A stretch of DNA of 63,880 nt, filler included, from Aduncisulcus paluster (GCA_024181965.1; 7 parts of 7 records of this genome joined end to end with filler, not necessarily neighbours in it), one strand, 5' to 3'. Positions 1 to 12,641 are shown, numbered from the whole stretch's first letter. A program made the numbers and translations. Notes: generated by a model from the letters alone, not told the origin.

Positions 1-715
1 AGCTATTGAAATTATTGGAGATGATGATTATGTTCCTATTCAACGCTCTAGACCTTCCAGGAGAGCTGTGTCAGAAGTCCATTATGTTCTCAGTGAAAGT
101 GAAGGAGAAGAAGAAGAAGAAGGAGATTATGGGGATGTTGAAGATGATTCTGGTGATGCTTGGCAGGACGATGGAGATGAACATTCGGAAGATGCAGGTT
201 GGAAGGCAAAGAAGAAGAGGAAAGTAACCAATAAGGTTGCAGTCGAGGTTCCAGTAGTCTCAACGCCTGTGATCTTGAAGAATAGTAAGACAAACAAAAA
301 GAAGACGACTGCAGCAACAACGAAAAAGGCCAAGAAGTCCACTCAAGCGAAGGAATCTAAGGAGACTTCAAAAGGAAAGAAGGCAACGACGAAAGGAACA
401 GCTGGAAAAGGTAGAAAAGGTAGAAAGACGATTGTGGAGGATTCCAGTGAAGATTCTGAGGACATATTTGATCCTGGAAATGCTGATATCAGTTTCGAGG
501 AAGAAGAGATTATTCCTCGTCGGTCTCAACGGTCTCAAAGGAGTGTTGAGCTGAAGTACTTCGACGATGAAGAAGAGGATGATGCTGAAGAAGAAGGTGA
601 TGGAATTGAGGAAATCGATGGGGAGGAGGAAGATAGCCAAGGAGAAGGGAATGATGCAGGAGATGACGACTTTGAAGGGAGTGCCGAATTCAGTTTCGAA
701 GAAAGTGACTTCTAG
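1..715 (+). CDS. 3' end of a protein with an acidic/Lys-rich disordered tail (5' truncated); tail resembles a topoisomerase II C-terminal region
   Basis: Frame is open from base 2 to TAG at 713-715. Two RxxR...V/KY motifs followed by acidic runs, ending FSFEESDF. No catalytic domain visible, so the family call is weak. Confidence 0.6.
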   Translation, partial: AIEIIGDDDYVPIQRSRPSRRAVSEVHYVLSESEGEEEEEGDYGDVEDDSGDAWQDDGDEHSEDAGWKAKKKRKVTNKVAVEVPVVSTPVILKNSKTNKKKTTAATTKKAKKSTQAKESKETSKGKKATTKGTAGKGRKGRKTIVEDSSEDSEDIFDPGNADISFEEEEIIPRRSQRSQRSVELKYFDDEEEDDAEEEGDGIEEIDGEEEDSQGEGNDAGDDDFEGSAEFSFEESDF

Positions 716-836
716 ACGTTATAGATATCTACTGTACTCTTCCGGAGCACACAATAAAGTTCAGAATCGGATGTGGAGGTTTACTACTCGACACTTTCCA
801 AAGATGCCCACAATGAGGTACAGAACAAGCATCTCC

Positions 837-3800
837 CTATTTCTGGTCATCAGAATCTGATGCATCAGATTGTTTCTCTTCAGACTCAGAAGTGATAGAG
901 TGGAATGATTGATTCGTAGGAGTAACAAGTTTCTCACTATCTGTGGTATCGTCAGTTTTTGACGATGCTCGACTAGTGTCTGGATCAATAATGAGAGAAT
1001 GAGGTTCTCCATGTGAAAGAAGATGGCTGTATATGATATCATCAATGGATGGAAATTCAAACCCTTCCCCAATCTCTGGCAGTAAATGCTTGATGCTTTG
1101 CACCTTCTTGCGAGCTTTATGGACACTCATACGCTCATATTCATCGAGTTGGGTGAGTCCAGTGAAAACTTCATTCAAACATTCATGAACAGGTTGGAAT
1201 TTTCCACCTTCAAGGGTCTTCAAAGATCTAAACAAGGGAGATCGGAGAAGTCTTGGACACATGCTATTTTCCATCAAACGCATGAGAGTTTTCATTATCT
1301 CAAAGCTAATAACTCCATCTCCTAAGTGAGCCATTTTACAAAAGATATCGTTGAATATGGGCAAGGAAACATAGGGATGTTCACATAAGAATAAAGCGAG
1401 AATAGACATTCCAAGAGAATATCCATCACTCTTCTGAGATTGGGTGCCATCTCGAAGAGTTTCATAAGAGTTGTACACAAGAGTTCCACATTTGGAGGCT
1501 TTTTGTTTCGAGGTTTCCTTTTTTTCTTTCTTTTCAAACTCAACGGGCTGAAACGAACTTGATTTGGTAGTTGTTGAAGATGATATGGAATCTAAGATCT
1601 GTGCCAATCCAAGATCAGAGAGAACAACAGTGCATTTCTTTGAATCAGGATCAACACGAATAAGGAAATTGTCAGGTTTAATATCTCGATGGACAAGGTC
1701 TTTCTTTGCCCTGAACACATCATCGAGACATTCAATCATTCCAACACACAAGGCACTCACTTTCACAGGGTTCAATGTCATGGGATCAAAATATTTGTGA
1801 TCATCACTATCTTCTTCTTCTGAAGACGAAAGGGAATCGGATAGATCTTCTTCTTCCTCTTTTTCTTCTCTTTCTTCACTGTCTGAAGAAGATTTAGAAG
1901 TTTCCTCTTCCTCTTCTTTTCCATCTTGAATACACCATTTCTTGGCAAATGAACTCACACTACCTCCAATACAAAACTCCATAAGGAATCCATAAACTCC
2001 CTTCAAATCTGCATCAAGAAGATCAAGAATATACAAAGGACGTGATATACGATTGAAACATTTGGGGNNNNNNNNNNNNNNNNNNNNCTTCTTCCTCTTT
2101 TTCTTCTCTTTCTTCACTGTCTGAAGAAGATTTAGAAGTTTCCTCTTCCTCTTCTTTTCCATCTTGAATACACCATTTCTTGGCAAATGAACTCACACTA
2201 CCTCCAATACAAAACTCCATAAGGAATCCATAAACTCCCTTCAAATCTGCATCAAGAAGATCAAGAATATACAAAGGACGTGATATACGATTGAAACATT
2301 TGGGGTTGTTAAACAACTTTCTTTGAACTCTAAACTCCTTGCGACAATCTTTTACAACTTTTTTGTCTGCAATTTTGAGCATCTTCTTCAGAACACAGGG
2401 AATGGGAATACCTTCAACCTTGACAAGAAGAACTTCACCAAATCCACCATGACCAATGATGCACTGAGGAGTGATAGTTGCAGAGGAAGTGAGAGTGAAG
2501 GAGTCATGTTTGCAAGAAGGAAGAGGAGAAATATCATCACCTCGAACGAAAATAAGATCTTGGATTAAAAAAGATCTGCAATTCTTATTTTCGCAATTTC
2601 CTTTTCCTTGAATCTCACATAATACAACATTTGGCAAATCAATAGGAAGGAAATACCATCTTTGTTGATATTCTGCAGGTTTAGGAAATTCATATTTTTT
2701 GGATATCTTTGTCCCTTCAGAAAGGGTGAAAGAGAAGAGAAAAAAGGGAGGACAGTAGAATTTAGTAGAAATAGAAATAAAAGCACCTTTTATGGGATAA
2801 TGTGATGGAAAAGGTACAGAAAGATGGGACAAAGAAACATTGTAGCCTCTCTTAAAGATGTTTTGAGCTTCTGAACTCCTATCATATTTTTCAGATTCCT
2901 TACAATATGAATCATTCTTTCCCTTTAGCAACTCAAATGAAGGATTTATGACTGATGGATCATCATAAAAAATTGGAACATAATCACCTCCTGCTTCTCC
3001 GATGAATTCTGGTTTCACAATAGAAGCTTCGAACAACAGTTTCTCGGTGGCTATTTCTTTGGATTTACGAACAATCGATTCGTGGAGGGTTTCTTCCCGA
3101 ATGAAAGAAAGCGAACCGATTTTAAAATACTCAGTTTGTACACCTTTTCCTTCAATCTCACACAAAATAACATCAGAGAGATCAATGTCAAGGTAAAACC
3201 AACCAGCACTTGTGATTTCTGGAAATACATATTTCTTTGAGATCTTCTTCTTCTCAGAGGAGGTAAAGGAAAAGGTGAGATGGGATGGAGAATCATTATA
3301 ATACGTACGCCTCAGTGCTAACAGAATATACGCACCTTTTATAGAAGTTGAAATGGAGAAAGGAATCTCAAAACGTGTTATAGATGGAGATTGAAGAGCA
3401 CCATTCAGCATCATCTTTCGAACCGATCTACTAACATATTCAACACTTTTATACATATAACTTGTTTTTTCAACTTTCTGAGAATCATCCCAAGCTTTAA
3501 TTTCAGAATAATTCGGACTCAGAAAAGTTGGATCATCCCGAGGAATTGGAATGCAAGAAGGACCTCCATGATGAATAAACTCTACCTTCCCCATAGTAAC
3601 ATATCTTTTGAGGAATACGAGGGAAGGGATCTCAAAAGATCGAAAATTCTTGCGAATCCAATGCCAAGTTACTTTCTTTCCTTGAATTTCACATAGAATA
3701 ACATTATCAAGATTTGGCAGATCAATCGGGAGGAAGTACCATTCTTTGGGAAACTTTGGTTTTGTAAACTCATATTTCTTGGATGTTTTCTTACCTTCAG

Positions 3801-5450
3801 AATCAGTGAAAGTAAAAAGAAGAGAAGGTGAACTACATTCTTTATCCACACAAATATAAGCACCTTCTATGAGAACAGGTGTCGAGAAAGGGATCGAAAG
3901 TTCGGTTAAAGATTGCGCTCTACTTGTGCCTTTGAGCATCTCTATTGCTTCTGAACTCTGATCGAATTTCTCAGATTGCTTGTGATAAACATCAGACTTT
4001 GCCTTCACCATTGCAAATGAAGGATCGGCAACTATTGAATCATCTCGAGAGATAGGAATAGCATCTATATCTCCTTCATTCATAAACTTTGGAACAACAC
4101 TCGAAGCTTCAGACCAGAGTTTCTCAACAGATTCTTCCCTAGCTTTTCGAGCAATTATCTCCTCTGAAGTTTCTTCTCGGATGAAAACGAGGGAGTTGAT
4201 TCTAAAACATCGACTATTCTTCTCTTTGAATATCCCTTTCCCTTCAATCTCACACAAAATAACATTATCCAAATCAATAGGAAGGAAATGCCATTCAGTA
4301 TTATGTTTAAGTTTTGTAAATTCATACTTCTTGGATGTCTTTTCTCCATCAGAGAGAGTGAAAGTAAAGAGAAGAGAGGGCGAATTGGTATCTGTACTCA
4401 CATTGATATAAGCACCTTTCATAGGACTTGGTGACGTAAAAGGGATGGAAATGTGAGATAACCACATACCACGTTCCCCCTTTAACATTTTTTGTGCCAA
4501 ATCGCTCTTATCATTGAAGGAAGGTGGGAAGATAGATCTGCTTTCCATTTTGTCTTTGTCCATTTCAGAAGCAGCCTCTCCCAAAGGTTTAACAGGCCTT
4601 GTCTCATCATTTGCCTTTACCATTGAGAAGTCAGGATCAATGATCGTGATATTTTCTCTTGAAATAGGAATAGCATGAATAGCTCCTTCATTCACAAACA
4701 TTGGCTTCACAACTGGAGCTTCAGACCACATTTTCTCAAGAATAGATTCTCTCATTATGCGAGTGATGGTTTCTTCTGGGGTTTCTTTTCGGACGAACGC
4801 AAGTGCCTTAAGACCAAAATATTCTTGATGATATTTTCCTTGTCCTTTCCCTTCAATCTCACACTGTACGATATCAGTGAGATCAATTGGGAGGAAATAC
4901 CAAAATTCCTTTTTTTCTTCTAATTCAGGAAAATCGTAACTTTTGGTTACTTTTGTTCCCATCACAGAAGTTAAAGTTAGGATAAGGTGTGAAGGATAAG
5001 AATCCAGAAGTGTCGATATCCATATATAAGCACCTTCTATGGATGAAGATGGGCGAAACTGAACAGAAATATATGCAAAATTATGAATAGTTGAAATATA
5101 TTCTTTCATGATATCTCGCGCATTCTTACTCTTATCTTCAATGCCATCTGTTCTCGTTGTATTAAAATTTGCCTTGATATCTTCATCAGCGGGATTAAGA
5201 AAGGTGGGCGCATCTCGGGCAATTGGAATACTATCAAACCCTCCTTCATAGACGAACTTTGGTGTCACGATTTGAACCTGTAGGGGAGAGGGATTCGTCG
5301 AAAAAGAAAAGATAAATTAAAAGATAGACAGAGTAAGGGAACGATAAATAAAAAATAGACCATATAACAGTGTTAAGTAAAATCGTGTGAAAAATAAATG
5401 ATTAGATTGGTTTTAAAATGACATACTTCTGGAATTTCTGTTAGACTCAT
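837..5450 (-). CDS. Ser/Thr protein kinase with five N-terminal ~170-200 aa tandem repeats; one intron (5278-5426)
   Basis: Exon 1 MSLTEIPE (5450-5427), GTATGT...CAG intron, then VQIVTPKF in frame. Kinase motifs GHGGFGEV, VLKK, HRDIKPDN, DLG, CGTLVY, SDGYSLG. ORFs 2023..5268 and 837..2186 join once the 218-bp duplication at the 2068-2087 gap is collapsed. Confidence 0.9.
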
Positions 5451-6209
5451 TTGACACGGTTTCAACAATTTATATATCTTCGAATTTAATCAAATAAGGC
5501 AACAGAAAGAATATTTTTGCAATAAGTGATCGCTACAGAAGGAAAAATCATAATTTCTCCACTCCGAATGACCCATTTCAACGAAATAATTCGAAGCAAG
5601 CAGCCAAAATATCTAAAAGGGCAATAAAATGCATATAAAATTTTTTTATTTGAACATAGTTTATAACCAGCTTTGTTATTTCTTTGTATATGGGAAAAGT
5701 TGTTTGGAGAGACTTGTATTTGTCATCACGGTAAATAATTTTATGAAATAACCTTTTTTTTGGTATTAATAAATACATATTTTTGCATCTAAGTATGTTT
5801 GACAGGTTTTCTGTTGAGTTCAAACAGAATTTTCTTGTTTTGGCCGCATCGTGTCATCATTGAACCTCTGTTTATTTTTATATTTTTATAATCATCAGAC
5901 TCGTAAAGAATTTTGTTTGTATTTTCTAATGATTGCATTATCTTCTTCCTGTATTGTTCCAACTAGAAAGAAACCCTCGATCTCCTTGGATACCATGATG
6001 CTTCCATCGTTCGAACTCAATCCTTTTAGTTCCATTAGTTCTTTATTTTTTCTGTTTATCCTTTTTTTCTTCTTTCAATATGTTTCCGGTTATCCCTTTT
6101 TTATCAACGATGACAATCTCCGAAATAGTGTCTGTCTTGAGTTGGGATATGAAGCCTATTGTACTTCCATAACCACTGAAGATGCCGAACAATTAGCCTC
6201 CCTTTCAGC

Positions 6210-6309
6210 NNNNNNNNNNNNNNNNNNNNNNNNNNNNNNNNNNNNNNNNNNNNTTAATTAATTAANNNNNNNNNNNNNNNNNNNNNNNNNNNNNNNNNNN
6301 NNNNNNNNN
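6210..6309. other. Artificial contig spacer (N44-TTAATTAATTAA-N44)
   Basis: Identical 100-bp six-frame-stop linker also at 10151-10250, 23634-23733, 53821-53920, 59844-59943 and 62619-62718. Confidence 0.98.
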
Positions 6310-6534
6310 AGTACATTGTCTTCGTATTGTTTCAGCAATTACGTCGGCTGCCAAGGGAACACCAAGATCGCAAGCCGTCATAACTGCAAATTCATCAACT
6401 ATAGCTCCCAGTTTTCGGCGATCCCATAAAAACCTATCGGATATATGATATTCATCTTCATAAAAAAAAGATATACACACAGGTACTAAATTTAAATGTT
6501 CATCTTTAGATAGTTTTGTACAAAATTCTTTCAT
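6310..6534 (-). CDS. SNF5/SMARCB1/Sfh1-family chromatin remodelling subunit, N-terminal part (cut by contig end)
   Basis: LVPVCISF...ISDRFLWD...VDEFAVMTACDLGVP...IAETIRRQC fits the SNF5 repeat pattern LVPI.(D.F.W)..(EEFA..LC.DL.LP)..IA..IR.Q. Confidence 0.65.
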
Positions 6535-6903
6535 TCAATAAATCATTTCAGTCAGAAAACTTAGTTTTTTAATTATTGAATTTGTTTCAATGTAAAACAA
6601 GGATAACTCTCAGTATTATAAGTTATGATAAATATTTAAAATTGATAATATCTTATAAATTTATGAGATTGCAGTTTTTAAGCACTTAAAAGCATCAGAA
6701 CCTAAAACTTGGATATTTGATCGGAAAATCGATGTTAAGATGAAATTTATTATTAAAGATGCTTTGGAGACAATTTCAAGATTAAAAATATTAAGATAAG
6801 GTTTGTTTGCTGGTTTTTTTATCTTCTCAGTTATTTTCTATTTTTATCCTTTTGATCCAATCTTCCTTCGATCCAAGATACCTATCTATTTTCGGCAGTT
6901 ATC

Positions 6904-7903
6904 ATGGGAAGAACCATCAGAGGTATGTAATTTTAATATTTTTTATTGTTCTTATAGATTATATTCTAACCATAATGCTTAATGCTGTATTAACTCCATT
7001 TCTTCTTGTTTCATCCTAACTACTTTTCTGATAATATTTATTTATTTATTTTTCTTTTTTGATCCATTTTAGTACAGCGTAAGGGTAAGTCCGGTCTGTT
7101 CAAGGCTCACGTTCACAAACGCAAGGGTGCTGCCCGTCTCCGTGTTAGTGACTTCTCCGAGCGTCACGGTTTCGTTGCTGGAACTGTGAAGGAGATCATC
7201 CACGACCCTGGGCGTGGTGCTCCTCTCGCTAGAGTTGCCTTCAGACACAACTTCAAGTACAAAAAAGACACTCAGACTTTCGTCGCTGTTGAGGGTTCCT
7301 TCACTGGTCAAGCTATCAGATGTGGTGCCAAGGCTCCTTTGAAAATCGGAAACGTCCTTCCTCTTCACAAGATCCCCGAAGGTACTCTTATCTGTGCCGT
7401 TGAAGACAAGGTTGGAGACCGTGGAACCCTTGCCCGTTCCTCCGGTTGTTACGCCGTTGTTGTCAATCAGAACGCTGAGACCAAGCGTACTCGTGTGAGG
7501 CTCCCATCTGGTGAGAAGAAGATCCTCTCCTCCGCCTCTCGTGCTATTGTTGGTGTTGTTGCTGGTGGTGGAAGAACTGAGAAACCCATGCTCAAGGCTG
7601 GAAACAGCTACCACAAGTACAAAAACAAAAGACGCTGCTGGCCTGTTGTTCGTGGTGTTGCTATGGATCCCGTCTACCATCCTCATGGTGGTGGTAACCA
7701 CCAGCACTGTTCCAGTTCCACTTGTGTTGGTCGTAGATACGCTCCTGGACAAAAGGGTATGTTTTATTTAATTTTTATTGTTTTTATTGTTTATTAGTCG
7801 GCTTTATTAATTTGTATTTCGTTATTTTCTAATTGTGTTTATAGTTGGTCTTATTGCTGCCAGACAAACTGGTTACGGAGGTGTTCGTAAGAACAAGGAG
7901 TAA
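6904..7903 (+). CDS. RPL8: 60S ribosomal protein L8 (uL2); exons 6904-6922, 7073-7756, 7845-7903
   Basis: Spliced product MGRTIRVQRKG...[12 protein letters not shown]...[23 protein letters not shown]...[14 protein letters not shown]. Introns 6923-7072 and 7757-7844 are both GTATGT...TAG. Confidence 0.97.
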
Positions 7904-8044
7904 TTTTATAAATAAATTCCCTTACTAGGTCAAATGTAAAGTTTGAATTTTGTATTTTGGTATTTTGAAATCCAAATTACCTTTCTTTGTAGCATAACGG
8001 AATTCTATTGTATTTATTTGAATTAATTATGTATAATTCGGACA

Positions 8045-9631
8045 ATGTATTCCATTGAATATCTTCAGAAAAAAAAATTAAAGGATTTACGGATTATATT
8101 TGGTGAACTAACCTCCAAAGTACCCAAGAAAACATTTACGAAAAGTGAGATTATTCCCGCTATCTTAGACATTCAAAAAACATATACAGCTGGCAAACGT
8201 CGTCATGGCCCTGCCGAGGATTCCACAGAAAAAAAACATTCCCCTTATTTTCATGATCGCTCAAATCAGAGAAAATTGCACCATCACATTTCAAAAAATA
8301 AGAAAATTCCAACCGAGCAAGTTTCTAAGAAACAAGAAACTACATTTTCTTTCGGAACTCCAATTGTCTCCAAAAAAGAAAAGAAAAAAAAATTAAAGGA
8401 TTTACGGATTATATTTGGTGAACTAACCTCCAAAGTACCCAAGAAAACATTTACGAAAAGTGAGATTATTCCCGCTATCTTAGACATTCAAAAAACATAT
8501 ACAGCTGGCAAACGTCGTCATGGCCCTGCCGAGGATTCCACAGAAAAAAAACATTCCCCTTATTTTCATGATCGCTCAAATCAGAGAAAATTGCACCATC
8601 ACATTTCAAAAAATAAGAAAATTCCAACCGAGCAAGTTTCTAAGAAACAAGAAACTACATTTTCTTTCGGAACTCCAATTGTCTCCAAAAAAGAAAAGAA
8701 AAAAACCATTAATTCTAAACTTTCCATGAAAATTGTCCCAACTTCTGATAAGTCTATATCTCCAGGATCTCAGACGTTATTTGCTTTTGGCAGTATCATG
8801 TTCAATCCCTCCCAAGAGCCAACTTTTGTTGAGAAAGATTTCAATCCTTCTCGTACTATCCCAATCGAAATTCCTTCCGATTCATCTCCCCATGTCCCAT
8901 CTATTAAAATTAAATCAACTTCTATTTGTCAAATGAAAGATATCCCATGTGATTTAGAGAAGGTTGCTCAGCATCCAAAAGATACCAGAATTCCAACACA
9001 AAATAAGAAATCATCTCCAATCTTAGAATATAGCACTCTCAACCCGGCCTCCATTCAAAGTAATCCAGTTATTGAGAAGAATAATATCACCTTACCTGAT
9101 ATTGCCAATCAAGATGATACTTGTGAGTGTAAAATTGAACACCGTGATGTTTCTGGAATAGAATCCGATAAAAGTGAAACTTCAGGGGAAATCCACCCCC
9201 ATTTGCATGACATTGGTGGAAGTCTTTGTGAATGCAGCGATTCAAGCTTCTTCTCTGCCTGTTCACCTCCTCCGCCTCCTCCTCTTCTTCTTCCTCAATC
9301 GGAAAAGATAAGAACTCACAAAATATCATCACATCATCCATCATCCATCGATGAACATGAATATATTGAGATTATATATGAGAATTCAGACTCTTTCGAT
9401 GGTACAAATCCCTTGATGGATGGGTATGAAACCAGCATAATTTCTGGATCGTCAAGTGGAGATGATATTCTCATTTCAAATGAAATAATCCATAAACATC
9501 CAAAAGATCAAAAGAAATCAAGTAATTCTGTATTGTTCTTTTTTCTCTTTGTCTCCACATTCGCTATTCTTGTTTATTTTGCGCTTGAGATCCGTGAAAT
9601 CAAGAACGCATTGGATTTTCATTCGGGATAA
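8045..9631 (+). CDS. Hypothetical tail-anchored protein with an N-terminal HeH/SAP/Rho_N-like helical motif
   Basis: N-terminus LQKKKLKDLRIIFGEL..K.P.KTFTKSEIIPAIL, Ser/Pro-rich middle, C-terminal hydrophobic helix VLFFFLFVSTFAILVYFAL. Contains a 315-bp exact duplication. Confidence 0.7.
   Translation: MYSIEYLQKKKLKDLRIIFGELTSKVPKKTFTKSEIIPAILDIQKTYTAGKRRHGPAEDSTEKKHSPYFHDRSNQRKLHHHISKNKKIPTEQVSKKQETTFSFGTPIVSKKEKKKKLKDLRIIFGELTSKVPKKTFTKSEIIPAILDIQKTYTAGKRRHGPAEDSTEKKHSPYFHDRSNQRKLHHHISKNKKIPTEQVSKKQETTFSFGTPIVSKKEKKKTINSKLSMKIVPTSDKSISPGSQTLFAFGSIMFNPSQEPTFVEKDFNPSRTIPIEIPSDSSPHVPSIKIKSTSICQMKDIPCDLEKVAQHPKDTRIPTQNKKSSPILEYSTLNPASIQSNPVIEKNNITLPDIANQDDTCECKIEHRDVSGIESDKSETSGEIHPHLHDIGGSLCECSDSSFFSACSPPPPPPLLLPQSEKIRTHKISSHHPSSIDEHEYIEIIYENSDSFDGTNPLMDGYETSIISGSSSGDDILISNEIIHKHPKDQKKSSNSVLFFFLFVSTFAILVYFALEIREIKNALDFHSG
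8067..8705. repeat. Exact 315-bp tandem duplication, probably an assembly artefact
   Basis: Two identical copies with a 315-bp period, joined through a GA(n) poly-A microhomology at about 8382-8391. Confidence 0.85.
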
Positions 9632-10250
9632 CGCTTTTGTTATCAAGGATAATCATATTTCTCAATCAATTCCCTTTCTCCGGCATTCTAGGTCATTGGA
9701 TGATGCCTCTCTTGACGAGGGACCGTGATAACAATAGGGGCATAGCTCTATACACTTCCTCACAGTGGCTTGGTTGTATGAAGATCTAGCCATTCTCTCC
9801 TTCAAGCAGACTACCCGAGCTACTTCTCCGAGAATTATTCTCGGGTCACTCGAGAATACCCGGAATAAGACCTATATTGCACTATAATAATGTCGAACGC
9901 AAAACAATCGGAAGCTAGATGTTAAAAACGTCGTAAATTATTTTGGAAAACACTACATAATGCGTGTGTATGAAATTCTGTGTATGATTTTGAGTCCGAA
10001 TCAAATAAATCTTCTCAGTTTGTCTCTGAAAATATAATTTTACGTTATTTTATGTTTATCATTTCACCTTAAAAAGAGATTGAATTTGTTCAATATGTTT
10101 GTCGGAAGTTCGCTGTCTCTATCCATATTTGGTTATATATGGAATTTAATNNNNNNNNNNNNNNNNNNNNNNNNNNNNNNNNNNNNNNNNNNNNTTAATT
10201 AATTAANNNNNNNNNNNNNNNNNNNNNNNNNNNNNNNNNNNNNNNNNNNN

Positions 10251-12430
10251 GGACGAGGCTTCAGTTCCACCATACTTGTGCTTTGGATAATATCTTCATC
10301 ACTCTTGGAATTCTCCTCAGAGGGGGCTTCAGATGCAGATGATAAGGAAACAGAACCCATAGCTTTCCATTTTTGTTTGGGATTAAGCACACTCTTCTTT
10401 TGAGAAAGTTGATCCTGGCTATTTATAGTTGAAGTCTTCTCAAAGTCCGCGGCAGAATAATGCATTATTGGAATTACCTCAATATCACTCTCGTCCTTGG
10501 CATTCCCACTACCCTTTCCTTTCCCCTTTTCTCTCTCTTTCCTCTTCCTTGGCACCTTTTTCTCAACAAAGAAATCGTGATTGATGACAAGTTCTCCATC
10601 CCGACTCATCTGCACATCAAGCTCCACCCCGTCGGCTCCAACCTGATGGGCAAGAGCGTATGACATCGGGGTATTCTCTTGGACACACACACGGTGCTTT
10701 CCATGGAGTTTGTTACTGCCACATCCACGGTGCCCAATGAAAAGAGAAGACGTGGTGGATCCTGCAGGGGATGAAATAAAAATGTTAGAGGGGGTGCCAA
10801 TGCTGCTAGTTGCTGGTTTTTTGGCCTCATGATCTTTCCGATCACCCTTCTCTATCGTCAGCTCTCCCATCTTTGTTACAATTTCTTCTCCTGCTTCAGA
10901 TTGAGGTGAAGCAACGATCTCATGTGCAGCTGGGGGTGTCTTTCTGCACTGACCAAGGCCGAGTACAGGGGTGGCAATATCAACAGTGAGTCGGACACAC
11001 CCACTCTCAGTTTCCACGGGAGTAAATGACTCATCCATCACATTACAGAAAAGGGGAACAGTAATATCTCCGTGGGAAGGTATAGAATCGAGACTCACAG
11101 ACCCTTTTCCCAAGGGGATGAAAGTGGATGTGTTGGTCATCTTCTTGCCCTTTCCAACAGAAATACAGACTTCTCCCCAGACACTAATTCTGATAGCATT
11201 GCCAGGGAGAACCATTGGCAAAACAATGGGCCTAGCAGGTAAGCACAACGATGAGAATGCCGGAGAAAGGATATCCTGGTAGAATTCAGCAGAGAGAAGG
11301 GGAGGGAGAGTGATTCCATGGGCAGTGTGCATATGGGTGAGAGTCGTAGAGGTCTGTGATATTTTAACTTCTCCTTTATCATCTTGTTTCTCAGCAGATT
11401 CCTCGCTTGGCGAATGAGAAGGAGTGGATTTAGAAGATTCAGATGGAGGGGAACAAGGAACTGTCACTTTCTCAATACAGACCCAACCATCAGCACCAAA
11501 CGCAACGGCATAGTTAAAACGGGTGAATACTGGGAAACCACCGACAGAGATAGCGAGCCAAACATGAGATATTTCATTATCGCCAATCACAGAGGGATTG
11601 AGTTCGATAGGTGCAGATCTACCAACCACAGGAAACTTTGGATTCGGTGTAGAAAGTGATGAGAATAATGATTGGTGAGAATCAAGCTTGTTTTCGTCGA
11701 TATCGGTTGAAAATGAAGGTATATCGGGTCTTTTTGGTAACCCTGGGCTAGTTTCAAGTTTAAGAGATGGAACATGGTTAAGATGCCCAAAATGAATGAC
11801 TGCAGTTGTGTGAGAAATGGGAGCTATCGACAATGGCGTTTTTTTATGACAAAAAGGGATTTTGGGATCATACCGTTTCTTCTTTTGGTCAAATTTAGGA
11901 ACATCCCAAATAAATACAATTGGTGAATCCCCAGTGGATAATGTTTGATTCGGAAAAGTAACATACTTTGGCTTTTCCACAGACGNNNNNNNNNNNNNNN
12001 NNNNNAAATGAATGACTGCAGTTGTGTGAGAAATGGGAGCTATCGACAATGGCGTTTTTTTATGACAAAAAGGGATTTTGGGATCATACCGTTTCTTCTT
12101 TTGGTCAAATTTAGGAACATCCCAAATAAATACAATTGGTGAATCCCCAGTGGATAATGTTTGATTCGGAAAAGTAACATACTTTGGCTTTTCCACAGAC
12201 GAAATGGCATAAGAATATGAAATTTGTTGTCCACGCTTAAGATCAATAGAAGTATAATAATAACCAGATTTTAAGAAAATATCAGATAGTAAAGGGGTAC
12301 CTGAAACAATCATATTATTTCCAAGTTCAGGACATGATCCAATAACACGAACTTCATTTACATATTGAGGTGAAACTTTGAAGGCAAAAATAACCTTACA
12401 ATTGGTTCCTTTTCTATTAAAAACGGACAT
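10251..12430 (-). CDS. Glycerophosphodiester phosphodiesterase, GDE5/GPCPD1-like (CBM20 + GDPD), 3' truncated
   Basis: CBM20-like EVRVIGSCPELGN; GDPD motifs IGHRGCG, QENT, GADGVELDVQMSRDGELVINHD. Likely ATG at 12430. 196-bp duplication around the 11986-12005 gap. Confidence 0.88.
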
Positions 12431-12641
12431 CGGATAACCAATTAGGTATATATCTGTAATCAAACCTGAGAGAGACAACTCAAGCTGGTAAAAAGAGATC
12501 GGTTGACCTGGAAATTTGAAGTTATAAGGAGATTTTTTTTATTTTTGTAACTTATTATTTTTGAAATTCATTAAATTGATTATATATTTTTCCTGATACA
12601 ACATTTAGGAAACATTCCATTGAAATTTTGGTTATTGAACC

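Noticed and set aside
1850..2305. Apparent duplicated kinase segment or two kinase genes
   Set aside because: Exact 218-bp copy on each side of a 20-N gap, an unmerged scaffold overlap. The same applies to 11790-12201 in the GDPD gene.
5578..6209. ORFs 5578..5823 and 5851..6261
   Set aside because: AT-rich, non-ATG starts and no motifs; not supportable as genes.
8067..8705. 105-aa internal protein repeat
   Set aside because: Identical at the DNA level and joined at a poly-A microhomology, the same size class as the gap overlaps. A very recent real duplication cannot be fully excluded.
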